From assembly GCF_018350175.1 (NCBI RefSeq), contig NC_058368.1:88040001-88104000 (forward strand): a stretch of DNA of 64,000 nt. Direction: 5' to 3'. Both the position numbers and the translations under genes were made by a program. This DNA is from Felis catus (lineage: Eukaryota). The first letter of the stretch is position 1; each line of letters starts with the position of its first letter. Positions 61,650-64,000 of the stretch are shown here, in pieces. Under the pieces are notes generated by a model, which had not been told where the DNA came from, did no database searches, and worked only from the letters and a program-made list of their open reading frames with translations.

Positions 61650-63380
61650 AGTTCTGAAACAAGCCTACCGGGACACCCGAGCGGCAGCACCCACTTCTGG
61701 GACCCTCTCCTCTTGCCACGGGCGCTGCTGCAGTCCTGCGGGACCGACCAGCACACAACTACTCGGTGACTGGGGAAAACGGGAGGGCGGGCCGCCGCAC
61801 GGCTCCGGGACTCGGCACTGACAAGCAAGCTACCATCTCCCACGCCCAGACCCACCCCGACTGTGCAACAAGTAAACGCAGGGCCGCGGAGGCAGCTCGC
61901 CCCCGACGGCCCGTCCACAGGTACACTCCGCAGGCGCCAACTAGGAAGGAAGAGTGTTCTCATCTCCGCCAGCCGCGACCAGGAAGTAGGCCCTGGCTTG
62001 CAGCAAGTTTTGGTAAAGGGGCCCCGCACAGACGCGGACTCGCCCGCCGAGCGCCCGGATCCTCCGCTTGCAGCAAGTGCCCAGCACTCAGACCCCGGGA
62101 CCTCGCCCCGCAGCCCCGCCCCCGTCCTGCCAGCCAACAGGAACTGGGCTCAAACCCTGGCCGTCGCGTGACCTTGGCGGCGTCCCGGGCCGCGGGCTCC
62201 AGTTTCCTGGTCCTCGAGACCCCGAGGCGGGAGGCGGAGCAGGCGGAGCAGGAAGCACCGCTTCCTGGGGAGCCCGCGGCCTGGGCCGGACTTCCGGGCG
62301 TGCACCCCGGCGGCTCCGGGGGGTGCGAGAACCACGGCGGAGGCTCGGGGGCCCCGCGGTGCGACCGACCCCTGCCCCGGCCTCCGTCCTCGGGACTCCT
62401 GGCCCCCGGCGCAGCCCGCGCCCCACCCCCCCCGTGCCTCGACCCCGATCCCGGTCGCGACGCCCCCCGCCTCCACCCGGCCTCAACTTGACCCCCAGCC
62501 CAGCCCTCTGCGCCCGCCCCGCCTCGATCTTCATCCCAACCTCGACCTTGGCCTCGACTCCACACCCTCCCCACACTCGACCCCCGGCCCGGCCCTCCGC
62601 GCCGGCCCCCGGTCCCCGGCCCGGCCTCGGGCCTCACCGCCCCAGCCTCACCTCGGCCCCCGCCCGGCCCGTCCTCACCACAGCCCTCAACACCCTTCCG
62701 CCGCGGCAGTGGGCAGTGCGTGCGTAGCCCTGGCAGGCCCCCGCCGCCCGCCACCCGGCCCCTGGCCCCCGGCCCGCCGCCTCACCCTCGGCGGCCGCGG
62801 CGAGGCTACTGCTCCCAGCCAGGCGTTGGTTTCGCTCCCACAAGATGGCGGCTCTGACGGCGGCCACGTCAGTGCCTGCTGCCGCGGGGAACGCTGGGGA
62901 ACGAGGCGGGTCTGCCCGTGGCCCCGCCCACCCCTGCTGCAGCACGCACGCGCAGACTCCTGGCTGGGGGCGGGAGTGCCGGGACAAGGACTCCGCCCCG
63001 CCCCGGGCCGCGCCCCTCCCGCCTCTGCGCTTGCGCACTCGCTTCCCCGACTCGGGGCGGAGTCCGTCCGCGCCTCTGTCGCGCTTGTTAGGGGAGGTGC
63101 CAGGTAGAACCCACCGGTCCATTTTGTAGATGGGGAGACTGAGGCGAGGAGGGGATTGCGGCCCCGGGAGAGGCGGCGCCCGGGTGCAAGAGAGGGTTCC
63201 TGTTTCCTCCCCGGCCAGGCAGGTCCCAGCGGACCAGCGGGCAGCGGGCTGCGGTCCCTTTCCCCGGGCGCCAACCCCCGGTGTGGTAATGGTGGCCACC
63301 AGTAGGTGGTCCGGGTCCTGGAGTGACCCAAGCAGCCGCGCGCGTGCCCGGAAGAGCGCCCCCGGGGAAGCATGCTGCAG
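61650..63380 (-). promoter_or_regulatory. ARF1 CpG-island promoter
   Basis: CpG-dense. YY1 motif CAAGATGGCGG 62841-62851, GC boxes ~62920-63060, NRF1-type TGCGCTTGCGCA 63026-63037. Confidence 0.88.
62786..62860 (-). other. ARF1: ARF1 non-coding first exon (5' boundary approximate)
   Basis: Sense 'gccgccatcttgtgggagcgaaaccaacgcctggct...' matches my recollection of the ARF1 leader. Donor GAGG|GTGAGG at 62785. Confidence 0.8.
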
Positions 63381-64000
63381 ATCACATGAAGAAGCCTTCC
63401 AGTTGGACAGGCTGAGCAGGAACCAAGCCAAGCAGGGGACAGTGCTGCTCTGGGGTGGTCAGGAGCCCAGACCCAGGAAACTGGAAGGTGGAAACCCCTT
63501 CTCCGGGAAACCTTGGGCGGATCAGAAGGGAGACGCGGACAGTCGCCTCCCTTCTCCATAGTCTCCAGGCTCAGGGCTTGGCTGTGGACCCCACATGGAA
63601 GCTTACTCTGGCCTCCTGCCAACCCCGGTTCCCCCTCCTTTCTGCCACCTGGGCTCCTTCCTCCCGCCCCTCGTGCTGGTTTGAGGGGTCTCCCACTCGA
63701 GAGGGTTGTTACGATTGTTGGAGGGGTTCTCCAGACCCGTGTGTTGTAGATAGAGGGCACAAAGCAGGGCCATCACCTGTCAGAGAAGGGAATGAGGTAT
63801 TTTGCTGCCTGTCGAGCAGCCTCCTGCTCCTCTCTGCCTCCCTCCCCCGTCTGCTCCAAGCTGGGGGGCTGCCCCAGTCCTCCTCAGCTGCCCTCCAGCC
63901 CCAAACAATGACAAACCCGTCTTCTGAGAGGCTGATGGCCCTGTGAGCCAGGCCTTGCAGGCCCCACCTGGCAGTCCCAGCCTCCCCCAGACCTCACCCC

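Noticed and set aside
60889-63760. ORFs of 219-357 aa around ARF1 exon 1
   Set aside because: Stop-poor CpG island and tandem repeat sequence with no recognisable protein features.

Overview
GC-rich mammalian genomic DNA. The young tRNA-derived Can-SINEs look like the feline SINEC_Fc type, so this is probably a felid. The window holds the conserved gene block found at human 1q42.13, in reverse orientation: IBA57 (-), GJC2/connexin-47 (-), GUK1 (-), MRPL55 (+), C1orf35/MMTAG2 (+) and ARF1 (-). All six were spliced by hand at GT-AG junctions into intact frames of 360, 423, 219/198, 126, 249 and 181 aa. The rest is CpG-island promoters, L1/LTR/SINE remnants, several GC-rich minisatellites, many poly-G/C runs and one 132-nt assembly gap. 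Most entries in the ORF track are GC-content or repeat artefacts. I see no prokaryote-type system (no CRISPR, rRNA or tRNA gene). Two observations most deserve follow-up. (1) The GJC2 5' leader has an AUG inside the SOX10-type site, plus a spliced uORF whose UGA overlaps the first connexin-47 AUG. (2) A ~600-bp old L1 fragment occurs as two ~95% identical direct copies 39.4 kb apart, in IBA57 intron 1 and ARF1 intron 1, with much more diverged homologous flanks. This suggests ectopic gene conversion, and recombination between the copies could give an in-frame IBA57-ARF1 fusion. Gene names and TE families were recognised from memory, not by database search.
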